A stretch of DNA of 64,000 nucleotides from Botryllus schlosseri (Eukaryota): the NCBI GenBank assembly GCA_051294905.1, contig CM119372.1:4528001-4592000 (forward strand). Reading direction: 5' to 3'. This document shows, in pieces, positions 28,701 to 43,700 of this stretch; positions within the stretch are counted from its first letter, which is position 1, and each line of letters opens with the position of its first letter. Position numbers and translations under genes: made by a program. The notes below the pieces were generated by a model. It was not told the DNA's origin. It did no database searches and saw only the letters and a program-made list of their open reading frames with translations.

Positions 28701-31700
28701 ACTACTGGAACTCTTCATAGGGCCAGATTTCGTTAAAATAAAGTTTTTCCATGTAAAAATATGTCAGTTTTTGAGTCAAAAAAGGTTTTTTTCAGGCCAA
28801 ACTACTTCATAAAGACAGACAGTTCCAACCAGAAATGGAGATGAGTAATAAAATTTGTGGGAAAACACCTAGTTTGCATACGTTAGCAGTGATTCCCAAC
28901 CGCGGCCCCGAGGGCCGTATGCGGCCCCCAGCTAGCCTTCTTGCGGCCCCCAAAAATAATATGAAATCGAGTTATGACAAAAAATAAAATTTATATCTAT
29001 AAAATACACTTGCTTGGCTTGGGAGCGCAGCAACACAATGACCATAACAATGGCCAATGGCGTCAAGCGATTGGTCGGAACCGGGGCCTACGATACTTAC
29101 GGCCTAATATGGCACATTACACTTGCAGGATATAAGAGGCCGATACTCCCAAACAGACATCATGACTGACTCAATGATTGCTTGCGATTTCACTTCTCGA
29201 TACCAGACGCCTCGCCGTACAAGTCTAATAAAGTCTTATAACAGGCAAAATTAGTACTTTCAGATGAAACAACTCAATTAAGAGCCAAGTAACAGCGTCG
29301 CAATGTATTTATCCACCAACACACAAGAAGACAATGTAACGAGAATCCCCAACTTGGGCATGTAAAAGTATTTTACAGCATGGTAAAACGAATTCAAGCA
29401 CGTGAAAATGAAATTCAATCATTTGGAACTACTCTGAAACACATACGTGAAGCTTAGCCATAGAAGTTCTGCAAGTGAAATGAATTACTGCAGTAAGTAA
29501 ACTACGTCTTGCTCAACTGCCGCTATTTAAAGTCCTCCACAGCATCTTTTCTCACGGAGGCACTTACCAGCTTCTGCTTGTTATTATAATATACGTTAAC
29601 AATGATTTTGCCCGCCAATTTTAAAGCTCGATCTCGATGATCACAGCATTCAAAACTTGAGGTACCCCCCCCCCCCCCAAACGATGCAAAACATATTGAC
29701 CAGCTTCTCTCGCGGCGACTTGGGGGTGAGAGCAGATGATTTTATCAGACCATCTAGGATTGAAAAACTGGATGCAACAAACTTGGCGAGTGGTTCTGAG
29801 GGAGCAAGCAGCCCCCCACGACCGAGCAAGTCGAAATAACGTGAACTTGCGCCACAGAACTCATCAAAAAAGGACTCATAACATATTTGACAAAACAATT
29901 TTTCGAGGACCTTCTTACCAATGTACCCAGCCACAACATACGACACCTCCTCGTTGTCAGGAGATAGAATTGATTCGGTAATTTCAATCGCCACATCTGC
30001 AATTACTTGTTTGAAATGATCAAAATGAGTTAAACCTGAAACACCAATATCATGCTCCCAGTAGTTTACCTCAATTTTTGGGATGAAACGAAGCAGAATT
30101 ATCTTTTCAAAATTGGTAACTTCTGTTAAACCCATCAGAAATCTCCCCCACTCATTTGCCTATAGCGCGAGAACCTTCTTTCAAACGGATCATTCATAAG
30201 TAGTGACTGAGCTATGCAGGGTTTCAATCGGAGCTTTCAAGGTTTGCTTTGACAGTAGATAGACAATAGTTCTGGGGGTTATATCCATTCCATTTTACAA
30301 GCCAATTAGCAAAGTCTTGTAAAGAATCCATTTTTGCATCTTGTGAGACCACTGCTTTGGCCTAGGGGTTTGCCGAAAATATGGGACAGAAATTGGTGAT
30401 TGTCCACTGTCCAGTGTCCACCAAGCATTAGTAAGACTCAAAAATGAAGACATATCTTCCCTGTGAGGCAAGCAACTTTTGCAAGCTGCAATAGTTGACT
30501 CATGGAATGGAGCAAGAGCTAAGTTGACATTCTGTTTGATATTGCTTGGATGCAATGAGGCAAAAATGTCAATTTTGCGCTTTACACAAATTCGAATCCA
30601 GCTTATCATCATATTCCCTGATCTTGTGAAGATCGCCCCATGCAACGAATCCACCAGGCGATGATGAATGAGAATCGAGGAAAAATGAATTTCTTGGCTC
30701 GGAGTAAATGTTTTCATATGCTCTTTACACTGTACAGTATCGAAAAATATATATGTTTTCTTGGCGTAGGATGAATGATGAAAAGAGAACTCATCATTTC
30801 CAGAGTATTTTTGTCTCATTAATCCAAATGCTTTTACATTGGAAGAATGATTATCCGTCACAAGTCCTCGAACGGCAAATCCATGCCGATTGAGAGTAGC
30901 AATGCAATCCAGCAATTCCTCTGCTAACCAAGTTCCTGTAATTTCGGTCTCTGGCAGTGCCTTCACTAGGACTGGTTTTTCCTCCAAACGTAGTCGTTTT
31001 CGCAAGCATGAGTCGGTGATGTACTTTGATTCAAAGTGCAATTCACAGATTACAGAATTGAGAGTTGGTTTCCAATCGCGCCCATTCACAAAAGATATCC
31101 GTTTGTTTTGTAACTCCGCATCGTCAAATGGAAAGTGAAACGACAAAACTTTTTGTTCAGTAGTTAAATATCCAGATTTACAGCCATAAACACAACATTT
31201 GTTGACCATTAACGTTCAATTATACATTAAGCCAAGCCTGCATCGTCAAGCATACATATAATATGTCAAAATTCACTGTCATAAATGCCGCATAAAATAC
31301 CACCATGAATTCTAGCCGATATTAGTTTGTTTAATACTGCAACTAGTGCAACATGAAGTATTATTTCCAGCTACATAATTACCTACCTAGATGCTACCGG
31401 ATGGTCAAAACGGCTCCTAAACATACCTTCACTGCAATCGTACAGAGTTGTTACTACGGTAATAGCTAATCGTGACATCATTAAATAATAATTCTAACTT
31501 AGCGACTATAGCTCGAAAACCTTGCCTCCAAATGTGAATAGCGCAATCGCAACTTCACAGTAGCCTACCTTGTATTATAAGTATAAGACGGTCAATACAG
31601 CAGCATATAAACAGATGCAACCGTCTAGCTAGATCTCGCAGAGTGAAATGAGTGCATTTTGCTTCAAGATGGGAGGCATTTAGTATTGTCGACCAGCAAA

Positions 31701-34700
31701 GTAAAACAATCGCTGAGTCAATCGTGATGTCTGTTTGGGAGTGTCGGCCTCTTATATCCTGCAAGTGTAATGTGCCATATCAGGCCGTAAGTATCGTAGG
31801 CCCCGTCGGAACAATGCCAATTTTCATATTTTGACGACTATTTTGGGTCCGTTTCATTGCCCTGGTATTCGTGCGGCCCCGACCGTACTCTAAAATTCTA
31901 AATTTGGCCTTGACACCGAAAAAGGTTGGGAACCACTGCGTTAGGTTAAAATTTGGGCCAAATTTTTTACGGTCGAAAAATGTCAAAATTGTGATTTTTT
32001 AGGTCAAAATCTTCCGTTTTTTAGGTCAGAAAATTCGCCCCAGTCATGTGTATTAGGGCTTGTCAAAAATATATTTTTTCTTTCAAATTTCACTGGCCAC
32101 TTGATCACATTTCGAATAATCGGGGCGAGTAGAGCGCTTAAGCTCAATGCACTATTTTTAGGTGATACACGAGCTGCTTCTGTAGGCACAGCTTTGGTTG
32201 GCGTATTTTGATAAAAGTCGACTACAAGGCACCCAAATGAAAATGTGAACGGCCTCTCCCGACAACACGAAATCTTCCGTCTCGACATTTTATCTGCCTT
32301 TGTGTGCCTACGGAAGGAGTTCGTGTGCCATCTAAACATGATACATAGCGTTCAAGCGATCTCTTCGTCATTACATGTCGTGTTTGGTGATAAGATTGTT
32401 AATATACAACGTTTCCAATTCTCTATACTAGCTGCTGACAATTACCCCTGACGAGTGTCAGCCGAAAATATCCGGGTTTCATTTCAATTTGAATATGCTA
32501 TTCATCTGTGATATATGCTTATATCCATGTATTCCTTACAAATCGCCCGCTTCCAGAAACTTCCAAGACATACTGGAAGATCACGCTCACTTGCATTTCT
32601 TCAACCGCTTCCTGAAGTCACACAGAGCCGACGTGCCTCTGAGGTTTTGGAACGCGGTCGAGAGACTGAGCAGAACCGAGAAACTGAGACTGCGCCAGAT
32701 TCAAGCGCGCCGGATCATCAACAAGTATTTCCACAGTCCGAAAACGCCAGCCACCCAGCTGCTACAGTGCGGTGCTGACGTGATCAGGTATGCGGCTTTA
32801 ATTTGATGTTGACGAGCCGGCGCTTCATACCTGGTAAGGCCATCGCGTCGATTTTAAGAAACGTATTTTTCAAGTTATAAAAAGTCTGCATTTGCGGGAA
32901 AGGAATCAATATGACAATTATGACATCTGATTCAAACTACTGAATTTTCAAAATGCTCAACTAGAACTAGAACTGGACCTAGATCTACCTGCTTTTAAAG
33001 AGTTGGAACACAAGAATATTTTCAGTGTATTAGAATTAAAATTATATCAACATAGTTTTTTTACAAATTAAATTAAAATTAGAATTACCGAATTCATCAA
33101 GATCAGCGACGGTTTGTATTTATAGCGGCGTTGGGATGTCTCGAGTCAATTTTGTCGCGTGACTTGTCCTGGCTCGAGTCGCTTCGCAAAAATGACTTGA
33201 TTTGACTTGGAAATCGGTTAAATTCCGAAAGAAATACATCAAACATATCAAGTTCATATATCAAATCAGAGTAAAGATCTTGTAAACGCGAGAATGGCAA
33301 ATGTCTGTACGCCAGATTTGTATCATTGTATAATTGAGCCAAATGTATTTACCTACATTTTTTCATGTTATTGTAATTGTAATTGAAGCATTTTTATTTT
33401 GTGTGATTGTAATTGGTAATTTTTTGTTTAATTGCAATCTCAATTACATTAGGCTACATTGTTATTGAGAACTGACAATCACAACATAAAATAATTGGCC
33501 CTTCTTCGTTTTGCGATCAACAACCGTCCAGTGTTCACCGCGACACCAATACCTGTTTCTTGTGAACGTCTCAAAATTTATAAACGGTAAAATAAGTTGT
33601 TTTTCGCTTTGGCATCGGTGTAGTGGGTGCAGGATATTAGGGTTACTCCTTCCCAGCGATTTGCTTCATATGATGCTACTCAAAAAGCAATAACCCTTAT
33701 TGCTGACGCCTTACCAATTATCTTTCATTTGCCTCACTCAGCTTTGTGTATTCGTTTGATTACATTTCATTTGCCTGTCTTGTAGCCTATTCGTTGTTAG
33801 TCGTTGTCAGTCGCTCAAACTTTTGGCTGTTAACAGTCGCTTAAAAAAATTCCGTGTTTCTATTTTTGAGTACTTGTGATTAAGAATAGTTCGAAAACGT
33901 TCGACTTTTTTTTTAATTAAAGGGTATTCTACGTATAACGAATGAAACACGAATAGCTTATGATTGTTGCGAATTACGTCGCTATGCGATTATCAAAGGG
34001 CATGCCTGTGCAGAAGTAGAATTTACGATTAATCGATTACATGTTTAACAGTAATAGTAATTGTAATTTGATATTTTTAGCATGGAATAATTGTAATGGT
34101 CATGTAATTGAAGCATGATAGGGAGTAATTGTAAAAGTAATTAATGTAATTAATGTAATTGATTCAACCCTGCTGTACACCAAGCTTGACTCGTTTCGCA
34201 CCACACAGTTCCCTTGTAACATTTTCAGGAATACCAGAAATCAGATTAGAATTATAACTAGAATTGGAGCATACAGACATTTCACAAATTACCTTAGAAT
34301 CATGTAACCGGAATTTCCCTAAACTTAATCGAATAGCCAGAATTGTGTACAATCTAAATTCAAGGCGTGCAATTAGACACCACATTTAAACATATTTTAT
34401 GTCGTAGCTGATATTGCGTGTACAAATGCACAATGTGGTATCTAAATGAACGGTAATTAGACACCATGTTATGCTTCAAGAAACACAATATTGGCGAACG
34501 CATAAAGTATGTGGAAATGCGGCGTCTAATTGAATATGGAGTGTACTTGTCCGAGTCGCATTCGCCGCGTCGTCTTTCAGAGAAATCTCGAAAAAGGAAT
34601 GCGTGCCGACCAATCGGCTGTACGTCGCCCAGACCGCGGTCGAGCACGACCTGGAGGAGAAGTGGTTCGAGAAATACGCGGCCACCTTCTTGGAGTTACC

Positions 34701-37700
34701 GTCCTACAATTCGAAGCACGACGTAGTCGCCGAGGTCAACGACGACACCATACTGCAGCGAAACAGAAAGCTGGTACTTACAGTCTGTATTTCCATGCGT
34801 GCTGTATCGCGCGCGCGAACACTTCAACTTTCGACATTAATTTCCCTGTAAACCAGCGTTTTTTAGCATCTTGTGAGATGTACGTACAATGAGAAAATAT
34901 TCAACATTTCCAAATTATAATTAAAATTTTACCTACACATTTTCTTCCACGTTAGATTATAATTAGAATGATACCTACACATTTTACTTCAAATTAGACT
35001 AGAATTCCAATTATTGCTGCACAGTTTTCTCCTAATTATATTAGAATTATACCTACACATTTTTTTCAAATTAAACTATAGAATTTAAATTATTGCTGCA
35101 CAAATTTTTCCGAATTAGATTAGAATTAGAATTATTGCTGCGTAGTTTTTTTTCATGTTATACTAGAATTGGAATTGAACCTACACATTTTCTTCCAAAT
35201 TAGATTAGAATTAGAATTATTGCTGCGTAGTTTTTTTCATGTTATACTAGAATTGGAATTGAATCTACACATTTTCTTCCAAATTAGATTAGAATTAGAA
35301 TTATACCTACACATTTTCTTCCAAATTAGACTAGAATTAGAATTATTGCTGCGTAGTTTTTTCCATATTATATTAGAATTGGAATTAAACCTATACATTT
35401 TCTTCCAAATTAGACTAGAATTAGAATTATTGCTGCGTAGTTTTTTTCCATATTATATTAGAATTGGAATTAAACATATACATTTTCTTCCAAATTAGAC
35501 TGGGGGTAGAATTATTGCTGCTCAGTTTTTTTCAAAATATATTATAATTAGGATTGTACCTACATATTTTCTTCCAAATTAGGTTAGAATTCGAATTATA
35601 CCTACATATTTTCTTCCAAATTAGACTAGAATTAGAATTATTGCTGCGTAGTTTTTTTCCACATTATATTAGAATTGGAATTAAACCTATACATTTTCTT
35701 CCAAATTAGACTGGAGTTAGAATTATTGCTCCTCAGTTTTTTTTTCAAAACATATTACAATTAGAATTGTACCTACATATTTTCTTCCAAATTAGATTAG
35801 AATTAGAATTATACCTACACATTTTCTTCCAAATCAGACTGGAGTTAGAATTATTGCTGCGCAGTTTTTTTTTTCAAAATATATTATAATTAGGATTATA
35901 CCAACACATTTTCTTTCAAGTTAGGCTAGAATAAGAATTATTGCTGCACAGTTTTTTCTGAGTTAGACTAGAATTATAGAATTAGAATTATTCCTGCGTA
36001 GTTTTTTCCTTTTTCATCCACATTACGTTAGGGTTAGAATTATTTCTATGACTACCAGCCTTATCCAAATTATAGGTACACATTTTTTTTCCAAACTATA
36101 TTAAAATTAGAATTATACCTACACATTTTCTTCCACATTTGGTTAGAATTAGAATTATAGCTATACAGCCTTTTCAAAATTTCGGTAAAGTTAAAATTAT
36201 AGCTACACAGTTTTTTTCCAAATTAGATTCAAATTCGAATTATACCTACTCATATTTGTTTTCAAATTAGATGGGAATTAGAAATACTGAATTCGCTGGA
36301 ACGTGGGCATTGAACCAAGCTCAGTTCATATCAACTCAGAGTTCAATCTCTTAAACACGAGAATGGCAAATGTCTGCACAGCAAGCTCGGTTAGTTTCGC
36401 GCTATACAGTTCTCCGGCACAATTTCCTGTGAAACCAGAAATTCGATTACAATTACAATTAGAGCAAAGAAACTTTTTGCGTACTAGATTAGAATTAGAT
36501 TACCTGAATTTCATTTTGATCAGTCTAGTTAGGCAACGTTATGCGTATCGAAATCCTAAATGCGAAATTTAATAGCCATACTTTTATAGCCATAATATAA
36601 AGCAGTGGTTCCCAACCTTTTTCGGTGGCAGGGCCAAATTTAGAATTTCAGAGTACGGCCGGGGCCGCACGACTACCAAGGCAATGTAAGGAACCCAAAA
36701 TAGTCACCAAATATGAAAATTGGCATTGTTCCGATAATTCGCATGACGCCATTGGCCATTGTGTTGCCGCACTCCCGTTGTTGAGAACAATCAACCTTTG
36801 CTGGCTATTTCAGAGTAGTTTTATTGCCGATTCGTATCTTTGGAATCAGTGCGACACTTGCTTTCGATGAAAATCGACATATCAAATTATTCGGACGCTT
36901 GGGTCGCGAGCTATAGGACTATCAATTATGCTGCTTTTTGCCGGCTAAGCAGCACGCATCTCGGCGTATTCAATCGTGAATCACTTGTTGAACATCTAGC
37001 CGTAAATTAGTTATCAATACCCAGGGCCGTAACAGCACTTCGTCAACCCCCCCCCCAAAAAAAACACGTTTCTCTTGGCCCCCCATAGGGTGATAAACAG
37101 AACTTCGAAGCCCCCAGATCCCCTTCAGGCTAGATGGCTGTTTACCGCTATTTATCATCTAAATCGGGTGTCCGTTTCAGGCAGCTTCTCTCGACTAATC
37201 GCGCGAAAATGTTCTATAATTCATGATTGAATCGGTCAATATAATCGGGTATTGCATATCTATTGGTATCAATTTTTATCCTCTCTCTGCTCACGTAATC
37301 AGATTGACCGGTTGGGCCGAGTGAGTTGTGTTTGATAAGGTAGGACCACTCAATTAAACATCTTCGGGCGTATACCCGTTGGCAAGAACGAAATAGCACT
37401 TCATCAGGCCCCCCAAAACACTTAGGTCTTGAGCTCCCATAGGGTGATAAACCGACCCCCCGTGCCGTTGTTCGCTTCTGCCACGAAATCAGGATCCCAG
37501 TTTAGTGAGCCAGCGTGGAGCGCGAAAATTTTCGATAATTCAAAATAAAATAGGTCAATAAGATCGGGAATTGCATAAATATTGCTATCAATTACTTGTC
37601 CTCTCTGCTCACGTAATCAGATTAACCGGTAGAGCTGAGTGAGGTGTCTTGGACACTGTAGGGCCCGTAAATAATAATTAAGCATATTCGGACGGGTGGA

Positions 37701-40700
37701 CTCGTTGGTACGACTTCGTTACATGGTGTTATTTGTTATTTCGCGACCTCCAGTCTGCTATATCAAGAAATATAGAATCGCCCAAAAATACTAAACTAAA
37801 AGTTGCACATGATTTCACATTGGTAGTTCTTCACTGGCATATAATTCTTCCCTGCGGGATGGTAGCCTATTTGTCTCGTGACGTTCAGATTGCCAAGACA
37901 GGAACATTCGGCGCCAGTCATTGCCTATGGTCAATTATACCTATATCTATTTTGAATATAGGCCTACATAACGAAGTTTTCGGTCAGCGTAAGGGCAGTC
38001 CATTTCGGCCAAGGTTTTCTCGCTGCCGATCGTTCTGGCACACTTCTTGGAGTCGCAGGTTACATGGCCTGAAACTTTATATGTCTTAGCGCGTCGCGGC
38101 GCGGTAATGGCCAACGCCGATATGCCCACTTCTATAAATCTTGCGTATTTTATCTTGGTCAAAGAGTGCCCAATAATTAAGGTACTTGGAAACTTGAAAT
38201 CGCGCGAAGCGCGAAAAATCTTTGAAAAATTGCATAAAATTTCATAAAATACTCTATAATTTATGCTAATTCACTAAATAATTTTGGGGGCCCTTCTATT
38301 TCGCTCCCCCGAATTGGGGGGCTTGGGGTGCGGCAGTTACGGCCCTGTCAATACCTGTATCTATACCTATATCTATAGGTATACTGCCCGTCCAACTGGA
38401 AAGTTAGGGCACATTGCATTGAAACTGCAGTGATGTAATCTTAGCGGTCTACTCACAACTTTCCTGCAATCCTAATGGAAAACTCCAGACTCCAAGCCAA
38501 GCAAGAGTATTTTATAAATATATATATTTTTCATGAATCGATTTCTCAATATTTTTGTGGGGGCCGCATGCGGCCCTCAGGGCCGCGGTTGGGAATCACT
38601 GATATAAAGGCTGAACGGAATCGAGTACCTCAGTGATTCGTTTCTGAATCGTGTCGAGTAATCCAGTATCATTCATTATCACGTCATAAGAATATGAATG
38701 ATGTAGAAAGTTCAAATGTATCTTTAACGCGAACACAAACAAAATAATGACAGTTTTACATCGCATTAAATATGGTTTAGTATTTTTCGACCATAACCTA
38801 TATTTCATTGCACTCTGTGATAATGCTATGGCTTGATCGCGACTTGACCGATACGCCGTTTCTACTAACGTGCGTAAGCGTAGGTTTGTACTTCATGTTT
38901 CGTATGGAGCCTATTTACACATCCCTATAGTGGAAGCTGTAAACGTTACGCACATATTATTTGAACAATCGCTTTGACCAATATAACGAAACAAATGCGC
39001 CTTTCATCTAGTGACTGCTATACTGACATCGTTGAACGCGTTTTTATACGAGCGCGAATTTCGAGACCGCGTCTTATACAGCTCAAGTGCCCTCCTGAAA
39101 ATTGCGTTACATAGTAATGTTATACCGCTGGTTGATTTATGCATCAATAACAAATAAGACATGTTGGGTTAACACGTTGAATATATTCGCATCGATCGCT
39201 ATTGTGTGACCGGGAAACCGTTCGACATATGTCACGACAGTAGCAGTATATGCTCATTACAAAAAACACCCACGTGTTTAGGAATATGATTTACTTGCTC
39301 GGCAAGATGATAGTATTAGTGTCACAACGACAACGTTTGCTTATCGCTTGGAAAGGTCGCGCGATTCCATTCAGAAGCAAGTATTAACTCATTATGGCGT
39401 CACAACAGTATGAAAGATATGTAAAGTTCAGATATGCATTAATGATAACTGGGTCGCTTTTTTTCAGCCTACAGAACGTAACAGTTTGATCTACAAAATC
39501 AAAATTTTGGCATTTTTTTTACTTTAAAAAATAAATTTGGTAAAATTTTGCCCTCATGTGTTTTCGCACATAATGTTTTAGAATTGTACTACTTGTCTTC
39601 ATTTCTGGTTGAAACTTACGAAGTAGTTTGACCTGAAAAAAAAAACTTTTTTGATTTACAATCTGACAAATTTTTACATGATTTTATCGAAATTGTTTGT
39701 TTGTTTGTTGTATTCATGGTGTATGTCGACTACTATGGTCATTTGCACCAGGCCGATATTGTTCATTATAGATGCCCACCTCTAGGCTTTTTGTAAAACA
39801 CCGCTTACGGCTTAGGTATCGGAATTCTGAAGTCGATCTCGGTCGGACGCGAGCCCGTACCCATTGGTGTCGCAGCCGCGGATTATACCACTGCGCTATC
39901 TCGCCACACATTTTAACGAAATCTGCACCTATGTTCCATCAGGCATTATGGTAGAAATAATTGCAATTTGTTGTAGTATAACGCGGACTGTTGCCAGGAT
40001 TTATCATTTACTTCTGTGCTTGCGTGTAGTTGGGTTCGTAAATTTCAGAGAGGGATCTGTTCGGTGCTGAGAGTCTTCATAAAGCGCGCGGGATCGTTCA
40101 TGCGGAACATGAAGAACCCCCGGATGTTCGAAAAGTTCGAAAAATTCCTGCAAAGGGAGACGGAGGGAGAAACTCCCGCTTCCAAGAGCGAAATGCCGAT
40201 CGGTGAGTAGAATTCGGGCGCTTCTTCGATACACGCCCCATATCGAACCGGTGTTCCCCATGAAACAGAGATGAGCGTGGATTAGGATTCAGGTTTGGGA
40301 AAACCGGATTTGCGAAATTTTGTCGGATTATGTTTGGATTAGGACTGCAGACTTTTTTCAATGGATTCAATGGAAATTGATGTCCTGTGGCGCACGGCGA
40401 CGAAGTTTTTCGTTCTGTCAAAGTATATTGATGCACTTAGTCACTCATTATGCGTTGTATTTCTTTTTACAGAATTAAAGGCGTAAGATGTGCGCTTTGT
40501 TAGAGGAATTCTCAGTTTATATCGGATTAGGATTATAGGACTAGGATTGGTATATACAAAATTTCTGGATTAGGACTAGGATTAGGATTTCAAGATTCGG
40601 ATTTGGATTGGATTAGGACATGGAAATTTCAAATCCGCTCAACTCTGCCATTAAACCATAGTGTCCTATAATGAAACCAATAACTATTTCCCATGAACAT

Positions 40701-43700
40701 GACGTCATAGTAGGTGGACATTGGCAATTGAAAATGCAGGCGAATTTTGCCGGATTAGGATTGGATTAGGATTAGAGATTGTTTTTAAACGGATTAGGAT
40801 TAGGATTGATCGATTTTCGGGGATATTGATGTGCGAATGGCGACAAAGTTCTTTGTCCCACTGAAGTTGCTTCATATAGTTTGGCACTAATTAAGCGTTT
40901 CGTTCATTGTTACAGAATTATAGGCATAAGATGTAGGCTCTATAGGTGGAATTCTAATTTTGAATCGAATTAGGATTGGGATTAGGATTGGAATGTACAG
41001 AATTTCTGGAATAGAATTAGGATTTGAATTTGAAACTTCGGATTTGAACTGGATTAGGACATCGAAATTCCAAATCCGCTCATCTTTGCTACGTACTACA
41101 TGTTTTTTCGAAATTATTTACACAATTATGGCATAGTTATACTATACAACGTTTGAAAACAAAACGCAATCTGTTTTTAAAGGCATTTTTTAAACACTGT
41201 TTAAAACATGTTTTGAACAAAATGATTTTGGACAACATTTGTTTTAAATGCCACCCTAATTGTACGGCATCATGCGGAAAAGTATACGTTACAAAGTTTT
41301 ACATCAATGTAAAATTTGATATTTCATTCCTCTAATTAATGGAAAAACGTCCGAGTCTATGCATTTTTAAATTGAGATATGCATTTGTAATCGATTTTGC
41401 GGCGTTTTCACTGGACACAAGTCACGACAACGCGATCTTGTTTGTTCCAGACGTTTTCGACAACAGAAGCGATAGCACCCTGTCGCCCGTATTGTACCTG
41501 CGTCGGGACTGGGACGCGCGCGTCAAGCAACGCATTGTAAACGGCCGCCTGATCACCTACAACTTCCTCGTCAACGATTTACACTTTTGGCGCGATGTGG
41601 AGTGGTAAGCCAGCGTGAAAGGCCGTTGTACAGTCCACAATAGGCGAACTGCTCTCCATGGTTTTATCGCCTCTTTCAAGTGTAGGACAATAGGAGCAAC
41701 GGGATAGCACCAGTGGCAGTTTGAAACATAATAATGAAACGCGAGAGGCGTTGCTATATTGTTCGGGTGTTTGTTTATGTTTTTGAGATACGCGCGCCAA
41801 CTAGGTTAGCATGAGATAGCTTTCCCTTATCAGAGTATCGTTACCTCACTGGGCATGACTACATGGAATATCATTGAAGTAAAGCTCCAATAACTACCTA
41901 GCTCAGATTTGATTTCACAAGCTGCTGTATAGGAAACAATCAATTGCTAGAAGTCACCTCAGTGTACAGTTGATGATATATTCATATATATTCACGTGGA
42001 AGACCTTCTAATAGGATCGATGTAAAGAGATGCACAATAGTGTTTAGACAGCTTTATTTCTGCGTCCTCACGGCAGCCAGTTTAAAGTCAGACAAGAAGG
42101 AAGCATGCATTGTCATGTGTCCACCAAGCGTCCTACACTTGGCGGCCCCAGAAATAACAGTACCGTCACAATAGCAACTAACAATCAGTACACATACACC
42201 CCTAAATGGGTGGGCCGTCACAGCTGACGATTACTCCTGACAGCCGAAGATATTTGGGTTTATTTCAATACGAATATACGATTCAATTGTATATCGAACT
42301 TCTGTACCTCCAAGAAGCTCTAGAATTCATCTCATTTGTTAGCGTATTGACATAGCGAAGAAAAGTGTTTGCGATCGCGCTAGGTACATTACGATAAGTA
42401 ATCTTAGGTAAGAATAATACCGATATGAGTAGAGCGACGAAATCTTGTCGAAATCAATTGTGCGAGGTGTATTTCTTCCGTCTCAAATTCAGACAGACAG
42501 GGAGTTAGCAGTGGCTATTTGAAGAGCTTCTTGGAGGTACAGAACTTCAATATACAATTGAATAGCGATAGTATATTCGTATTGACATGAGCATGAATTG
42601 AATATTTTCAGCTGACACTCGTAAGGGGTCGTCAGCAACTGGTAGAGAATTGGACTGAACATTGTGTATCAACAATCGTATCAAGCAATGTTTTCGTGAT
42701 CGTGCTGCCTCGTTAATCGTAGTGGGACGTTCGACAACTAGAAAATTTTCACTTCGTCCAAGTTAGATTAGAATTAGAATTGTAGCTACACAATTTATTT
42801 TTTAAATTAGATCGAATTAGCATTACTGAATTCGTAAGACTTGGAAATCGAATTACATTCCGGATTAGAAATAGAACGAAAATCAAGTTCATTTCGTATC
42901 AAATCAAACGTCATTCCCATAAGAACGAGAATGGCAAATATCTGTACGCCAAGCTTGGCCCGTTTCGCACCATACAGTTCTCCCGTAGCATTTACAGGAA
43001 AACCAGAATTTCGACTATAATTGAAATTAGAGCACAGAAACATTTCACAAATTAGCTTAGAGTTAGATTAAAAGTACTTGGCTCTAATTAGTCTAATCAT
43101 AGTGTCCTATATGGTGTGGACACAAGCAAATCTCACGGCTCAGTGAAATTGGTATACGTCACACTTTCCATTTGGTCAAAGGCAACTTTACGGCCCATTT
43201 TGACCGGCTTGCCGAGCGCTAAATTCGATAAAATGGGTATCAATGGAAAGCTGCTTCTGTACCGATTGCGAAACTATAAATTTTATTCTGCTCATGGTCC
43301 TGGAACCCCCCAAAATCAGCCTCGGAAATTGCTCTGTGATCGAGTTTTGACATTGTGACGCAACAATTCTGTCTGGCAAAACGAGAGAAAAGCTATGAAG
43401 AAAGAGCCAGACAGCATTGTTGCGTCACAATTCAAAACTCGATCACAATGCAAAATTCGAGGCTAGTTTTGGGGAGTTCCAGGACCGTGAGCAGAATAAA
43501 ATTTATCTTTTCGTAATCAGTACAGCAGCAGCTATCCATTGATACCCATTTATCGAATTTAACGCTCGGAAAGTCGGTCAAAAATGTCCGTAAAGTTGCC
43601 TTTGACCAAATGGAAAGTGTGACGTACACTTATTTCACTGAGCCGTGAGATTTGCTTGTGTCCACACCAAATAGGACACTATGGTCTAATTGTCCCAAGT

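Larger units (their letters stand above)
28887..31938. mobile_element. hAT-type MITE hosting the P-like element
   Basis: TIR cagtgattcccaacc/ggttgggaaccactg; flanking direct repeat CGTTAG; same family as 36603-38601. Confidence 0.85.
28130..32042 (+). mobile_element. Deleted hAT transposon, outer layer of a triple nest
   Basis: 8-bp TSD GTCATGTG with imperfect TIRs. Positions 28555-28670 encode PITAAVERSFPILGKLLSKDKHF..., a hAT C-terminal dimerisation motif. Confidence 0.75.

Noticed and set aside
30295..31209. 304-aa THAP ORF as a domesticated THAP gene
   Set aside because: It lies within TIRs and a TSD, is internally deleted, and drifts out of the transposase frame, so it is a transposon pseudogene.
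34910..36290. Regularly spaced repeats resembling a CRISPR array; periodic ORF 35169-35498
   Set aside because: There are no unique spacers and no cas genes. The units are degenerate tandem copies within a eukaryotic intron, and the ORF is a by-product of the repeat period.
39835..39905. Possible tRNA gene
   Set aside because: There is no proper acceptor stem or cloverleaf, and it continues into a repeated body with a (CAAA)n tail, so it is a SINE.
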